Assembly: GCA_036679645.1 (NCBI GenBank)
Contig: JAZDCY010000026.1
Coordinates: forward strand, 1 to 64,000
Source of the DNA: Gemmatimonadota bacterium
GTDB lineage: Bacteria; Gemmatimonadota; Gemmatimonadetes; Gemmatimonadales; GWC2-71-9
Length of the DNA: 64,000 nt
Reading direction: 5' to 3'
Shown here: one piece after another, positions 19,142 to 27,992 of the stretch
Layout of the letters: each line of letters opens with the position of its first letter
How positions within the stretch are numbered: position 1 is the first letter of the stretch
Notes under the pieces: generated by a model
Told to the model about the DNA's origin: nothing
Databases searched by the model: none
The model's input: only the letters and a program-made list of their open reading frames with translations
Program-made: the position numbers and the translations under genes

Positions 19142-19361
19142 CCGCGGACCACGGGATGCTCACAGCCCGAGCTCTCGCGGGCTCCACGACGATTGTGGAG
19201 TCGGTGACGGAGCCCGTGGCGCCGATCACGGTCCCACGCGCCGAATGCACACGAACACGCGACCCCGGCGGGATCGTGGGATAGGGTGACGTCTGTGCTG
19301 CCAGCGGAGCCGCGACGAACATGACGACGATCAACGAGCTGATAATAGAAGTCGGTCGCAT
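18945..19361 (-). pseudogene. Secreted glycine-zipper-like protein, probably truncated near 19045
   Basis: Signal peptide; PPGSRVRVHS...IPWSAVNRLEISRGR..GLGYGALGGALVGAAF, then loss of protein-like character. Confidence 0.5.
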
Positions 19362-19464
19362 ATGACCCTCTCAAACGAGTACACCCGAGAGGGTCGGCGC
19401 CCCGCGTCAAGCGAGCGTCAAGCAGCTAGCGCAAAGTCAGCACCCCCAGCTCAGCGCTAGATGT

Positions 19465-20874
19465 TCAACACCACCTCACCCTCACGGTATATCCCACCCG
19501 CGTCTCCCCGCGCGCCGCCACGTCCACGCGGAACCGAAAGGTCATTGCGTCGATCCGCTCCCAATCGTGGCTGCTCTCCACGATCGTCCAATCGCCGGCC
19601 ACGGGTTCCATCACGTCTACCTCGACGGCTTCGTCTTTGTGGTTGCGGAGATCGATCTCCCACCGGCTCTCCGACGTGCACCGGCCGAGAGCCCGCCACT
19701 CCATCTGCCGCCGGTCTGCGACCACGTCGAAGGACTCGCCCACCTTGATGCGCACCAACTCGTCACGCGGTGTGTGGTCGATCCGGTCCTCGCCGACGAA
19801 CTGCTGCGCGCCGGAGCGGTCGGCCTTGTATACGCGCACTATGCCGCGGGGCAACGGCATGCCCAGTCCGTTGGCGGACCGGTTCTCGAACTCGAGGAAG
19901 ACGCCCACTTTCTGACGGGTCGGCAGCTGACCGGTTTGCGTGCGATACCACTGCCACTGACCGGGCAGCACGAGGCGGCGAGTGATGCCAATGCCGTCTG
20001 CCTCGAGCAGCGTGACCTGTTTCTGTTCGTTGTTCAACATGGTGGTGGGTCGCTGCAGCGTGTAGAGGTGATACTCGAGCAATCCCTCCTCGACGAATCG
20101 ATCGGCGGCCTCGGCCACCGCCATCTGAGCACGCAACCGGCGGTACTCATCAACCCGTTCCTGCACGCGCTGGACGTCGCCCGCCACCAACTTGAGCTGC
20201 GCGTTCTCGAACGAGGCGCCCGACGTGTTGTTGAGCGTCACCCATCCAGTGATGTCACCCGCCGTATCATCATCGTTCAGGACTAGCACGTAGTCCGTAC
20301 GCCAGCTCATACCGCGCGTGAGATACGATACCTCCACCTCTCGCCTGCCCGCCTCCCCGGCGAGCGTCCACATCAGTGTGGGCTCGGCAATCAGGTTCTC
20401 GGGAATCTCCGGGAAGGCCATGCGCCCGGGGAACCCGAAGGTGATCTCCCCGCCGATCCTGAGCACCACGCCGTTATTGGCTGAGAGCACCTCGGCCTCG
20501 TACGCCTCGTCGCGTCCCGCGCGCTCGTTCCAGCGATACACGGTGATCGTCCGGCCCACGTATTTCTGAACGAGCTGCTCGGGACTCAGGAGATCGTATC
20601 GATAGTTCTGTTCCAGCACCCGCAACGGGCGACCGTCACGCGCCCGAACACTGAGCGTGTAAGGCTCGATCTGCGCGGTCACGTCGCGGTATTCCACGGT
20701 GGATGGACCGCCGACGAGGTCGATGTTCCGCACCTCGCGCACCAGACCGAAGTCCTGATTGTATACAGTGATCGTAACGGCCAGGCGCTGATCGGCCGTG
20801 GAGCGGCTCGGCGCCTGGGCGGCGGCCGCGCCGGCCGCGCAGACCAGCATCGCCAGTATGGACAGCACTCTCAT
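19465..20874 (-). CDS. DUF4139-domain secreted protein
   Basis: Signal peptide; ITVYNQDFGLVREVR, LEQNYRYDLLS, SYLTRGMSWRTDY, LVAGDVQRV, EYHLYTL, FVGEDRIDHTP. Confidence 0.88.
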   Translation of the reverse strand: MRVLSILAMLVCAAGAAAAQAPSRSTADQRLAVTITVYNQDFGLVREVRNIDLVGGPSTVEYRDVTAQIEPYTLSVRARDGRPLRVLEQNYRYDLLSPEQLVQKYVGRTITVYRWNERAGRDEAYEAEVLSANNGVVLRIGGEITFGFPGRMAFPEIPENLIAEPTLMWTLAGEAGRREVEVSYLTRGMSWRTDYVLVLNDDDTAGDITGWVTLNNTSGASFENAQLKLVAGDVQRVQERVDEYRRLRAQMAVAEAADRFVEEGLLEYHLYTLQRPTTMLNNEQKQVTLLEADGIGITRRLVLPGQWQWYRTQTGQLPTRQKVGVFLEFENRSANGLGMPLPRGIVRVYKADRSGAQQFVGEDRIDHTPRDELVRIKVGESFDVVADRRQMEWRALGRCTSESRWEIDLRNHKDEAVEVDVMEPVAGDWTIVESSHDWERIDAMTFRFRVDVAARGETRVGYTVRVRWC

Positions 20875-21011
20875 GGTGTCTCCCGTTTGGGGTTCAGTGT
20901 GGGAGACGTCCCAGACCCGGAGAGTTACACACGCCGCCCGTAGGTGGCTCGCCTGGATCGCGTCGGAGGCGTATCTTGGCAGCTTCTCGGACCCCTGGCC
21001 GGAGGTGATAC

Positions 21012-21230
21012 ATGAGCGAGAAGCGCGAGCACGTATTCGTGGCGCCGGTGTTTTTGGCCACGGCGTTCCTGCTCTTCGGCACAGCTCTCGTAGAGAAGTT
21101 CTTGAACCTGTTGGGTGCAGACATCCCGTTCGTCAGCGTCTACCCCAACCAGCTACTCTCGTGGGCAGTGACGTTGCTGATCTTCGATATCGCGTTGCTG
21201 CTGCGGCAGATTCTCGAGAACCGACTCTAG
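21012..21230 (+). CDS. Small two-TM membrane protein
   Basis: GGAGGTG RBS; two hydrophobic helices; hairpin after the stop. Confidence 0.75.
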   Translation: MSEKREHVFVAPVFLATAFLLFGTALVEKFLNLLGADIPFVSVYPNQLLSWAVTLLIFDIALLLRQILENRL

Positions 21231-21268
21231 GAGGGCGCTCACCCGCACGAGGCGCGGTGGGGCGCTCC
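21230..21268. terminator. Imperfect hairpin between convergent genes
   Basis: GCGCTCACC...GGTGGGGCGC stem. Confidence 0.4.
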
Positions 21269-21271
21269 ACC

Positions 21272-21601
21272 TCATTCCTGCCACACGCCGTACCCAATGC
21301 CGCGCAGTTCGCCGGCGACGTGGCGCTCGACGCTCTGTGCTTCCCGGTAGGTAAAGGGGCTGCCGTCGGGAAAGAGATCGGGGCGCAGATGCCAGCCGTA
21401 ATCGCGCACTAAGCGGCTTGCCTTGTATCCGCGCTTGTGATTGTGGAAGCGCCGCTCGGGGGTGAGCCCGGTCATGCCGACGTACACGCACGGCTTGCCT
21501 TTGGCATACCGTGGGTTGCGCTCGCGGAATTTCTTGCGCTCGAGCACGGCCGGATCGAGCTCAACGACGTACACATGGTAGTGCTTATTCCGTCGCATCA
21601 T
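21272..21601 (-). CDS. Stand-alone GIY-YIG-like nuclease-fold protein
   Basis: HVYVVEL...VYVGMTGLTPERRFHNHKRG...EAQSVE matches the GIY...YIG-T...R...H...E pattern. Confidence 0.7.
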   Translation of the reverse strand: MMRRNKHYHVYVVELDPAVLERKKFRERNPRYAKGKPCVYVGMTGLTPERRFHNHKRGYKASRLVRDYGWHLRPDLFPDGSPFTYREAQSVERHVAGELRGIGYGVWQE

Positions 21602-21654
21602 CTCGATTGGTGATTGCGCGCTACATGCTGGAGGAAGCGACGATCGCCCTGGCG

Positions 21655-21676
21655 TCCCCGGGCCTCGACCCGGGGA
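21655..21676 (-). terminator. Hairpin downstream of rpsU
   Basis: TCCCCGGG-cctcga-CCCGGGGA perfect 8-bp stem. Confidence 0.55.
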
Positions 21677-21706
21677 TGGTGACCGCTTGTGTGAATTGTA
21701 GGTGGG

Positions 21707-21898
21707 CTACGACCGCGGGCGGGACACCCGCTTGCGGCGCCGGGCGGCGGCGGCCTTCAGGCGCTTGGCAATGCTGGGCTTGGTGTAGAAGCGCTTCTTG
21801 CGCACGTCTTTCAGGATTCCGGCCCGCTGGACCTTCTTTCGAAAGACCTTGAGGGCCCACTCCACTCCATCGCCCTCGGACAAGTTCACTCGTGGCAT
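21707..21898 (-). CDS. rpsU: 30S ribosomal protein bS21
   Basis: ALKVFRKKVQRAGILKDVRKKRFYTKPS...[17 protein letters not shown]. Confidence 0.92.
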   Translation of the reverse strand: MPRVNLSEGDGVEWALKVFRKKVQRAGILKDVRKKRFYTKPSIAKRLKAAAARRRKRVSRPRS

Positions 21899-21983
21899 AA
21901 GATCCCTCCGGAACGGTTGGGAAACTGCAACGGGGCCACTCCGAGCGCGTCGGTGCGGCCCCGCGCAGTAGCAGCTGACGTAG

Positions 21984-22193
21984 TCAGCCTATTTTCGTGA
22001 CGTTCGCCGCGGCGGGACCCTTCTTGCCCTCGACGATGTCGAACTCCACCTGCTCACCTTCGCGCAGGGACTTGAAGCCATCACCCTCGATGGCGGTGTG
22101 GTGGACGAAGCAATCGGGCTCGCCGCCCTCCGGCGAGATGAAGCCAAAACCCTTGCTGTCGTTGAACCACTTGACGGTTCCCTTGGTCCGCAT
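21984..22193 (-). CDS. csp: Cold-shock protein (CspA family)
   Basis: [15 protein letters not shown] (RNP1), CFVHHTAI (RNP2), [19 protein letters not shown]. Confidence 0.97.
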   Translation of the reverse strand: MRTKGTVKWFNDSKGFGFISPEGGEPDCFVHHTAIEGDGFKSLREGEQVEFDIVEGKKGPAAANVTKIG

Positions 22194-22335
22194 TCTCCCG
22201 AACTCCTTGTGTGTGGTGTGCTGATGGCGTCGGAGTCCGGACTGGCCGTGCGATCCAACGTTCATCAAAACTTTCGCGGTCAAAGCCCCCGCGATGGGCC
22301 GCCGACGTCGCCAACACACGACGCGGAATCTCGTT

Positions 22336-22374
22336 AATACAAAAACGGGGCCCCGCGTTGTGCCAGGTCCCCGA
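22336..22374 (-). terminator. Hairpin plus U-tract between the helicase and csp genes
   Basis: Minus strand CGGGGACCT-ggcacaacgc-GGGGCCCCG-TTTTTGTATT. Confidence 0.55.
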
Positions 22375-22469
22375 TACACGCTTCACTGGTCTAGCGGTGC
22401 GCCGGCTGCGGCACGCCTCACGCTCAAGGAGAAGCTAGCCAATCGGGCCGGCAAACGGAAGGCCCTTAT

Positions 22470-23678
22470 CTAGCGCCGGCGGCTTCCTCCCCTGCGGGGC
22501 CGCAGCGACGGCCCTGTGGGTCGGGGCGCCTCCTCCCGTGGCTGGGCCGGAGCCACCTTGGGCTCGAAGCCAGGGACGACCTCACGGGTGAGCACGAACC
22601 CCATGAGCTTCTCGACGTCCCGCATGAGCAACCACTCATCTGGCGACATCAACGTCAACGCCACCCCGTGCCCGCCCGCACGAGCCGTGCGGCCGACGCG
22701 GTGCACGTAGATCTCGGGATCGTTGGGCACATCGAAGTTGACAACCATCACGATGTTGTCGACATCGATACCGCGCGCGGCCACGTCAGTCGCGACCAAG
22801 ACACGGATCTTGCCGCTCTTGAACCCGTCGAGCGCCTTGGTTCGGACGCTCTGCGGTTTCCCTCCGTGCATGGCCGCCACGTCCTTTCGCACGTGCCGGA
22901 GCTTCCGGGCAAGCTTGTCGGCACCGAACTTGGTCCGCGTGAAGACGAGCGTGCGGCCCTGCTCGACCTCTTCCAGCATCCGCGCCAGCGCGTCCCCTTT
23001 CGTCGCCCGGTCCACCGCGACGAGGATGTGCTCCACGCCCTCGGCCGGTGCGGCGCGACGCCCGATTTCAACGGCCACATGGCCGTTGGTTGCACGGCGC
23101 GCCAGGCGATCGACATCGAACGAGATCGTGGCCGAGAAGAAGAGCGTCTGTCGCTCCTTGGGCAACGACGAGAGAATTCGATGCACGTCTGGAGCGAACC
23201 CCATATCGAGCATGCGGTCGGCCTCATCCAGCACCAACACCTCGAGCTTCGTACTATCGACGTGTCCGCGGTTCATGTGGTCCAGCAGTCGGCCGGGGGT
23301 CGCGATCACAATATCGACGCCCTTGGCAAGAGCGCGCGTCTGCGGCTCCATGCCGACCCCGCCGTACACGGCAACGGATTTCAACTTCGTATAGCGCCCA
23401 TAGGCCTTGGCGCTGTCCCACACCTGCTCAGCGAGTTCGCGTGTTGGCACGAGAATGAGTGCGCGCAGCACCCCATTGGGCCCGCCGGCGAGCCGCTGGA
23501 GAATAGGCAACAGAAACGCCGCGGTCTTGCCGGTGCCCGTTTGCGCGGACCCGACAAGGTCGCGGCCTTCCAACCCCATCGGTATGGATTCTTGCTGAAT
23601 GGGCGTGGGCACGGCGTATCCACATTCGTCCACCGCCCGGACTAGTTCGGGGATCAACCCCAGTGACTGAAACGACAT
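22470..23678 (-). CDS. rhlE: DEAD-box RNA helicase (RhlE-like)
   Basis: Q motif PTPIQ, AQTGTGKT, PTRELA, TPGRLLD, DEAD, SAT, ARGID, HRVGRTAR; GAGGAG RBS. Confidence 0.93.
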   Translation of the reverse strand: MSFQSLGLIPELVRAVDECGYAVPTPIQQESIPMGLEGRDLVGSAQTGTGKTAAFLLPILQRLAGGPNGVLRALILVPTRELAEQVWDSAKAYGRYTKLKSVAVYGGVGMEPQTRALAKGVDIVIATPGRLLDHMNRGHVDSTKLEVLVLDEADRMLDMGFAPDVHRILSSLPKERQTLFFSATISFDVDRLARRATNGHVAVEIGRRAAPAEGVEHILVAVDRATKGDALARMLEEVEQGRTLVFTRTKFGADKLARKLRHVRKDVAAMHGGKPQSVRTKALDGFKSGKIRVLVATDVAARGIDVDNIVMVVNFDVPNDPEIYVHRVGRTARAGGHGVALTLMSPDEWLLMRDVEKLMGFVLTREVVPGFEPKVAPAQPREEAPRPTGPSLRPRRGGSRRR

Positions 23679-23866
23679 CTTCGTCAGACTATCTCCTCGT
23701 GCCGAGCTCACCAGCCCGCACATGTACGTCGCCCGCCCCGGTGGCCCGAAGCGTGCGCGTGTCCTGAACCTGAGGCGTGAGGCGGCGGGTGTGACGCGCC
23801 GGTACCCATCCTGAGCGGGTACCGTTCGTTCACAACTGTGAGAAGATGCCTGCTCGCGGTTCTACT

Positions 23867-23884
23867 ATCAGTTTCGAAACTAAT
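23867..23884. promoter_or_regulatory. Palindromic candidate operator in the divergent rhlE / small-protein gap
   Basis: ATCAGTTTCGAAACTAAT (perfect 12-bp core AGTTTCGAAACT) in an AT-rich patch. Confidence 0.45.
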
Positions 23885-24049
23885 CATCTAGGTTGTTGGG
23901 CGCAACTCGTTGGGGGGAAGGAAGATGCGACCGCACCGCTGGCTTGAAGCTTCGTTGATGCACTTGTATACTTCATTATCGGCTGATCAGCACCGCCCGG
24001 CCAATCTGGGTGGCCGGCATCCAGAGACGAGGACCCCGGAGGGCAATGA

Positions 24050-24253
24050 ATGGCGAGACCAGGACCAGCGACGTTTGCCAAGCGACAACGCGAACTCTCG
24101 AAGAAGCGGAAACGGCAGGAGAAACTCGAGCGTCGCGCCATGCGGAAAGAGCAGAAAGCAGAGGATGTGGCCAACACGTCCGATGTTGGTGCTGACATCG
24201 ATCCGGATATTGCCGGGATCATTCCCGGCCCACAGCCACCGCTCGATTTCTGA
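24050..24253 (+). CDS. Small protein with basic N-terminus and acidic C-terminus
   Basis: GGAGGG RBS; TFAKRQRELSKKRKRQEKLERR...DPDIAGIIPGPQP. Confidence 0.8.
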   Translation: MARPGPATFAKRQRELSKKRKRQEKLERRAMRKEQKAEDVANTSDVGADIDPDIAGIIPGPQPPLDF

Positions 24254-24296
24254 CCCAACCCCTTATTGCTGAGGGAAGAAGAGATGGTCCCGTAGC

Positions 24297-25175
24297 GTGA
24301 TCCTCCTTGCGCTACTCGCTGTCGCCGACACGGCCATCACTGTGGCGGTTCCCGTCGCCCCTGCTGAGACACTCTCCGTTTCCATCCAAGGCGTAGGGCA
24401 GCCCGTCGTTTTCATTCCGGGGTTATTTGGAGCGGCATTCGGTTTTCGCCACGTCACACCGCCGCTCGTCGCCGACGGGTATCAGACACTCATCGTCGAG
24501 CCGCTTGGCATTGGCAAATCGGCACGCACGCGCGGCGCCGAGGCCCATCGGGTGGTTGCCGCACTGGACAGCCTGGCGGTCGAGCGGGCAATCCTCGTCT
24601 CCCATTCGGTCGGTAGCGGGATCGCGTTTCGCGTAGCACTGCTGCGTCCCGACCTCGTGGCCGGAATCGTGTCGATCGAGGGCGGACCGACCGAGCAGGC
24701 TACGACCCCGGGGTTCCGCTTCCTCATGCGGTTCTCGGGTCTGATTCGCCGGTTCGGGGGTACGCGTCTCCTGCGGCGTCAGGTCTACTCCGCGATGCGG
24801 GAGTCATCGGCCAGAACGGACTGGATTACCGATGAGGTCGTGGATGGGTATACGGCCGACGCGGCCCGCGACCTCGATGCCACGCTGCACGCCTATCGTG
24901 GGATCGCGCGGTCGCACGAGCCGTGGCCCCTCGCCCCACGACTGCCGCTGATTCATTGCCCCGTGCTGTTGCTCGTGGGTGGCGCCGACCACGGACACAG
25001 CGTGCCGGAGGATGAGATCCAACTCCTGCAGGACTCGCTCCTCACCTTCGCGATCCAGACGGTACCAGATGTCGGGCACTTCGTTTTCGAGGAGGGTCCG
25101 GACGCGGTCGTGACCGCGGTGGGCAGGATGCATCGAGAGGTCGTGGCGGGACGCACCGACCGACAGGAACCGTAG
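24297..25175 (+). CDS. Alpha/beta hydrolase, paralog of 2111-3010
   Basis: VPVAPAETL, IPGLFGAAFGFR, SHSVGSG, SIEGGP, VGHFVFEE; colinear with the first copy apart from a ~6-aa gap. Confidence 0.87.
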   Translation: MILLALLAVADTAITVAVPVAPAETLSVSIQGVGQPVVFIPGLFGAAFGFRHVTPPLVADGYQTLIVEPLGIGKSARTRGAEAHRVVAALDSLAVERAILVSHSVGSGIAFRVALLRPDLVAGIVSIEGGPTEQATTPGFRFLMRFSGLIRRFGGTRLLRRQVYSAMRESSARTDWITDEVVDGYTADAARDLDATLHAYRGIARSHEPWPLAPRLPLIHCPVLLLVGGADHGHSVPEDEIQLLQDSLLTFAIQTVPDVGHFVFEEGPDAVVTAVGRMHREVVAGRTDRQEP

Positions 25176-25295
25176 CCGAACGTTCCCGCCGGGCCCCTTT
25201 CTCTATTAGGTGCCCATCTACCGGTTGTCCCATCGCTGCAAACCCGCATACTTCCTCCCGCACGACCCACACCGGTGATTAACGGGGAGGACACG

Positions 25296-27572
25296 ATGCG
25301 CTCCTGCGACCTCTCGCTCACACTCCTGTTCGCTGTCGCGACGCCGCTCACCGCCCAGGGCACTGCCGCGGACTACGCGCGGGCGGAGCGGTTCCTCCCC
25401 TGGCGCTCGGACAGCCTGGTTCTGAACGACGCGGTGATCCCACAGTGGATTGAGGAAACCGACCGCTTCTGGTATCGTCGCGAGTTAGCCGACGGCAAGA
25501 CGTTCATGCTCGTGGACCCCGCGGCGGGCACCCGAGCCCCCGCGTTCGACCACACACGGCTCGCGGCGGCGCTCGACACCCTCCTTGAAGGTGACATCGA
25601 AGCCAACGGCCTCCCCTTCGACCGTTTCACGTTCGTCGATGACGGGAGTGCCATAACGTTTAGCGCGCGCCGGGACAACTGGCGCTGCACGATCACCGAG
25701 TATGTCTGTGTGAAACACGAAGAGCCTGAGCACCCTGACGGCCTGTCACCAGACGGGAAGTGGGTTGCCTTCGTGCGCGACTACGACCTGTGGGTGCGCT
25801 CGACCGAAAGCGGCCGCGAGGTCCAGCTAACCGACGGCGGCACGCGCGAGTGGCCCTGGGCGACGCGCATTCCATCACCGATCCAGATACGGCGCGAGCA
25901 GACTGAAGAGCCCGAGCAGAGTCCGGCTGTCACCTGGTCGTCCGATTCGCGGCGCCTCTCGACGGTGCGCATCGACCGGCGCGGTGCCGGCACGTTGAGC
26001 CTGGTGCAGCACGCACCGCCAGACCGGATCCGACCGCGGCACTACACGTACTACTATCCGCTGCCACAAGATTCCGTCCTGCCGACGGTTGAGTACTACC
26101 ACGTGACCGTAGACGAATGGCAGCCGCACCGCGTCCCGTTGTCCCCCATCCCGATGCAGTACTACGGTGGCCCGCGCGGCGCCCGGTGGCACGACGACAA
26201 TCGACACATGACGGTCATCGCCACCGACCGCGGGTACACCACGCGGCGGGTCTACGTGGTCGACGCGGTGACGAACACGGCACGGGTAGTCATCGAGGAG
26301 GTCGGCGAGCCGTACGTGGACATCTACGGCGGCACCACACTCCGGTTTCTCGAAGGCGGCACCGATGTGTTGTGGGCATCCGAGCGTGACGGATGGATGC
26401 ATCTGTACCTCTACGACGGTACTACCGGACAGGTGAAGCGGCAGGTCACACGAGGCGAGTGGGTCGTGCGCTCCGCGGAGCATCTCGACGAAGAGAACCG
26501 CACCGTCTTCTTCACGGCCGGGGGACGCGAGCCCGGCCGGGACCCGTATCTCCGGCACATCTATCGTGTGGGACTCGACGGGGGAACCCCGCGTCTGCTC
26601 ACGCCCGAGGACGCCGATCACGCCGCGTCGTTCTCCCCCACGGGCGCGTACTTCGTCGACACCTATTCCCGGCCGCATATCGAGCCCGTCTCGGTCCTGC
26701 GCCGCGCGTCGAATGGCCGGGTGATCATGGAGTTGGAACACGCCGACGCGTCACGCCTGCTCGAGACAGGCTGGCGGCGACCGGAGCCATTTCAGGCCGC
26801 AGCACGTGACGACAGCACCGCCATCTACGGACTCGTCTGGTGGCCGTCGACCTTCGACTCGACGAAGTCCTATCCGGTCGTGGAACAGATTTACACCGGC
26901 CCCCATTCATCCTTCGTCCCCAAGACTTTCTCCGCGTATCGCAGCACCGCGCAGACGATTGCCGAGCTGGGGTTCATCGTGGTACAGGTCGACGGACTCG
27001 GCACGTCACGACGCGGTCGCGCGTTCCATATGTACTCGTGGCACAACCTGGGAGACGGCGGGATCGCCGATCACACCATTGCCATACGCCAGCTTGCCCG
27101 GCGCTATCCTGCTATGGATCTCGAGCGAGTCGGGATCTACGGTCATTCGGCTGGTGGCTACGACGCAGCGCACGCGATGTTGACCCACCCCGAGTTCTAC
27201 GACGTGGCGGTCTCGTCGTCCGGCAACCACGATCATCGCATGGACAAAGCCGTGTGGAACGTGCAATGGATGGGCTGGCCCATCGGCGAGCACTATGAAG
27301 CGCAATCAAACATCACCATGGCCGACCAGCTTCAGGGTAAGCTCTTTCTCGTCCACGGCGACGTCGACGAGAACGTACCCGTCTCGGCGACGCTCCAGTT
27401 CGCGAACGCATTGATCGCCGCCAACAAGGACTTCGACCTACTGATCCTGCCCAACCGCACACATAACCTCGGACGCGACCCCTATTTTCTGCGGCGGCGG
27501 TGGGACTACTTCGTACGCCACCTGCTCAGCGTCGAGCCACCCGCCGGGTACGAGATCACCGGGCCCGGGTAA
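25296..27572 (+). CDS. Secreted S9B dipeptidyl peptidase IV-like serine peptidase
   Basis: GGGGAGG RBS; signal peptide; DPPIV_N propeller; GHSAGG, HGDVDENV, RTH catalytic triad. Confidence 0.93.
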   Translation: MRSCDLSLTLLFAVATPLTAQGTAADYARAERFLPWRSDSLVLNDAVIPQWIEETDRFWYRRELADGKTFMLVDPAAGTRAPAFDHTRLAAALDTLLEGDIEANGLPFDRFTFVDDGSAITFSARRDNWRCTITEYVCVKHEEPEHPDGLSPDGKWVAFVRDYDLWVRSTESGREVQLTDGGTREWPWATRIPSPIQIRREQTEEPEQSPAVTWSSDSRRLSTVRIDRRGAGTLSLVQHAPPDRIRPRHYTYYYPLPQDSVLPTVEYYHVTVDEWQPHRVPLSPIPMQYYGGPRGARWHDDNRHMTVIATDRGYTTRRVYVVDAVTNTARVVIEEVGEPYVDIYGGTTLRFLEGGTDVLWASERDGWMHLYLYDGTTGQVKRQVTRGEWVVRSAEHLDEENRTVFFTAGGREPGRDPYLRHIYRVGLDGGTPRLLTPEDADHAASFSPTGAYFVDTYSRPHIEPVSVLRRASNGRVIMELEHADASRLLETGWRRPEPFQAAARDDSTAIYGLVWWPSTFDSTKSYPVVEQIYTGPHSSFVPKTFSAYRSTAQTIAELGFIVVQVDGLGTSRRGRAFHMYSWHNLGDGGIADHTIAIRQLARRYPAMDLERVGIYGHSAGGYDAAHAMLTHPEFYDVAVSSSGNHDHRMDKAVWNVQWMGWPIGEHYEAQSNITMADQLQGKLFLVHGDVDENVPVSATLQFANALIAANKDFDLLILPNRTHNLGRDPYFLRRRWDYFVRHLLSVEPPAGYEITGPG

Positions 27573-27580
27573 CGGGCACG

Positions 27581-27843
27581 AGTGAGGTGCTCGTGTGTCT
27601 GGAGAGCACTCTCAGGAGCACGCCGAGCGACCCCGACAGTCTGCTCGCACGCGCCGACCGGGTCCGCGAGCGCCTCACCATGGCTCCCCTCCCCGAGAAG
27701 GCCTTGCGAGCGGCGCGGACCAAGATCTCGAATTCATCGCCTTGGCAATGGATCTGGGCATTTCGCTGGTGACGTCTGATCGGGCAATCCTAAAGGCGTT
27801 TCCGCGAATCGCGAAACCCCTTAGCGAGTTCGGACAGAGCTAG
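27581..27843 (+). pseudogene. Collapsed type II toxin-antitoxin remnant (Arc/FitA-like antitoxin C-half joined to PIN/VapC C-terminus)
   Basis: SEVLVCLESTLRSTPSDPDSLLARADRVRERL...ALRAART in one frame joins at ~27723 to DLEFIALAMDLGISLVTSDRAILKAFP (PIN C-terminal D...LVTxD motif) in another frame. Confidence 0.7.
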
Positions 27844-27992
27844 CATCGTCCGCGCGCCTGCATGACGCGCCGCGAAGGATCGAGGGCATCCTCAGCGCCC
27901 ACCCGTCCCCGCACGTACTATTGAATAGCCTCGCTCGGCCCGGCCGAGCTTCCCGCACAATCCATGACCCAACCCACGAGGCCGGAACGCTC

